Assembly (NCBI RefSeq): GCF_964204865.1
Contig: NC_135257.1
Span: 9,424,001-9,488,000, forward strand
Origin: Styela clava
Taxonomy: Eukaryota
DNA: 64,000 nt
Direction of reading: 5' to 3'
Below the pieces are notes generated by a model that saw only the letters and a list, made by a program, of their open reading frames with translations, ran no database searches and had not been told where the DNA came from. Below, one piece after another: positions 63,108 through 64,000 of the stretch. The position numbers and the translations under genes are program-made. Positions within the stretch are counted from its first letter, which is position 1. Each line of letters starts with the position of its first letter.

Positions 63108-64000
63108 ATGTTGTTTTTCGTGTTGTGAGAAATCGCCTTTCTCTTTAATTAGAGTACTGGACGAATTGCTTTGTAATTTTCAGTGGTTCAAGATTGATGT
63201 TGTGGCTAGGAGGCTATTACTTTTATTTCTCAGTACAGTATTTCGAAAATATCTGCGAGTTCTGTGGATTTAATCTTTAGAAAAATATCGCGCATAAGTT
63301 TCTCGAGTGAAGATGACTAAACGACCTACGGTAGTCCTACTCTAATCTACAGTAACTAACCAAAACGTAAACCAGTTTTATTGTAGTCAAATTATTCCAA
63401 CTCCAAGCCAGGCCTTTGCCCCGTGACCTTCACAAATGAAACTCTATTTTAAAAATTTATTATTAATATGCAACTCACATAACGTGGGAACACAAAACAC
63501 ACGAAAAATCATATTGAAGAGATGTTTTGGATTAGGTAACAAATTGAAAAATATTATAAATTCTCGAATATCTTTGCAAATATACAAAACATAACTAAAC
63601 AGTGGGCGAGATATAGATATAAATCATATGAAATATAATCTGAAACACTAAAGACTATAAATTATTTCGTTTGTTTTCACAGTATATTTCCATTACGCTA
63701 TACTAAGTTATGTCAAATAAACACTTTTCAAACTATATAGTAAAACAAAATAAAAATAAACACTCTCTTATTTATTAACAATAACATATATATATATATA
63801 AAGTTGCACTAGCGGAACGGTTTATACTATAATACTTTATATCATTCAAATTCCACGACTGTTAATAGCTAAGAATGCGTGAATACCCTTTACGTCATAA
63901 ATTAAAGGATCAACATCACATTTCATTGGAATAGTAAATAAAATGTTGCCACCTTGATTCATTTTATGGTGATAGACCGGACATTTGAATATGTTTCTTA

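Overview
AT-rich, intron-dense animal genomic DNA with GT-AG introns and no prokaryotic features. The gene set, mosaic CpG depletion and an operon-like junction suggest an ascidian/tunicate, which is an inference and not proven. I assembled the spliced genes by hand and checked exon phases. Left to right: (1) a minus-strand BTB/POZ gene (ZBTB/NACC-like, 20989 to <355, running off the window) whose BTB domain is split by a 17-kb CpG-retaining, motif-rich intron; (2) intronless LRRC57 (+); (3) 18-exon TGS1 (+), joined to LRRC57 through an AATAAA that abuts a splice acceptor (candidate trans-spliced operon); (4) an intronless orphan 7TM protein (+); (5) a secreted GH18 chitinase (+) with two phase-compatible alternative last exons encoding different numbers of reduced 4-Cys chitin-binding domains; (6) a nested and tandem stack of three hAT elements, two sharing the same 8-bp target site; (7) intronless PUF60 (-). 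There are also many MITEs, a tRNA-derived SINE and three copies of a Helentron-type (HINE/DINE-1-like) element. No database searches or counts were run; family names come from recognised motifs.
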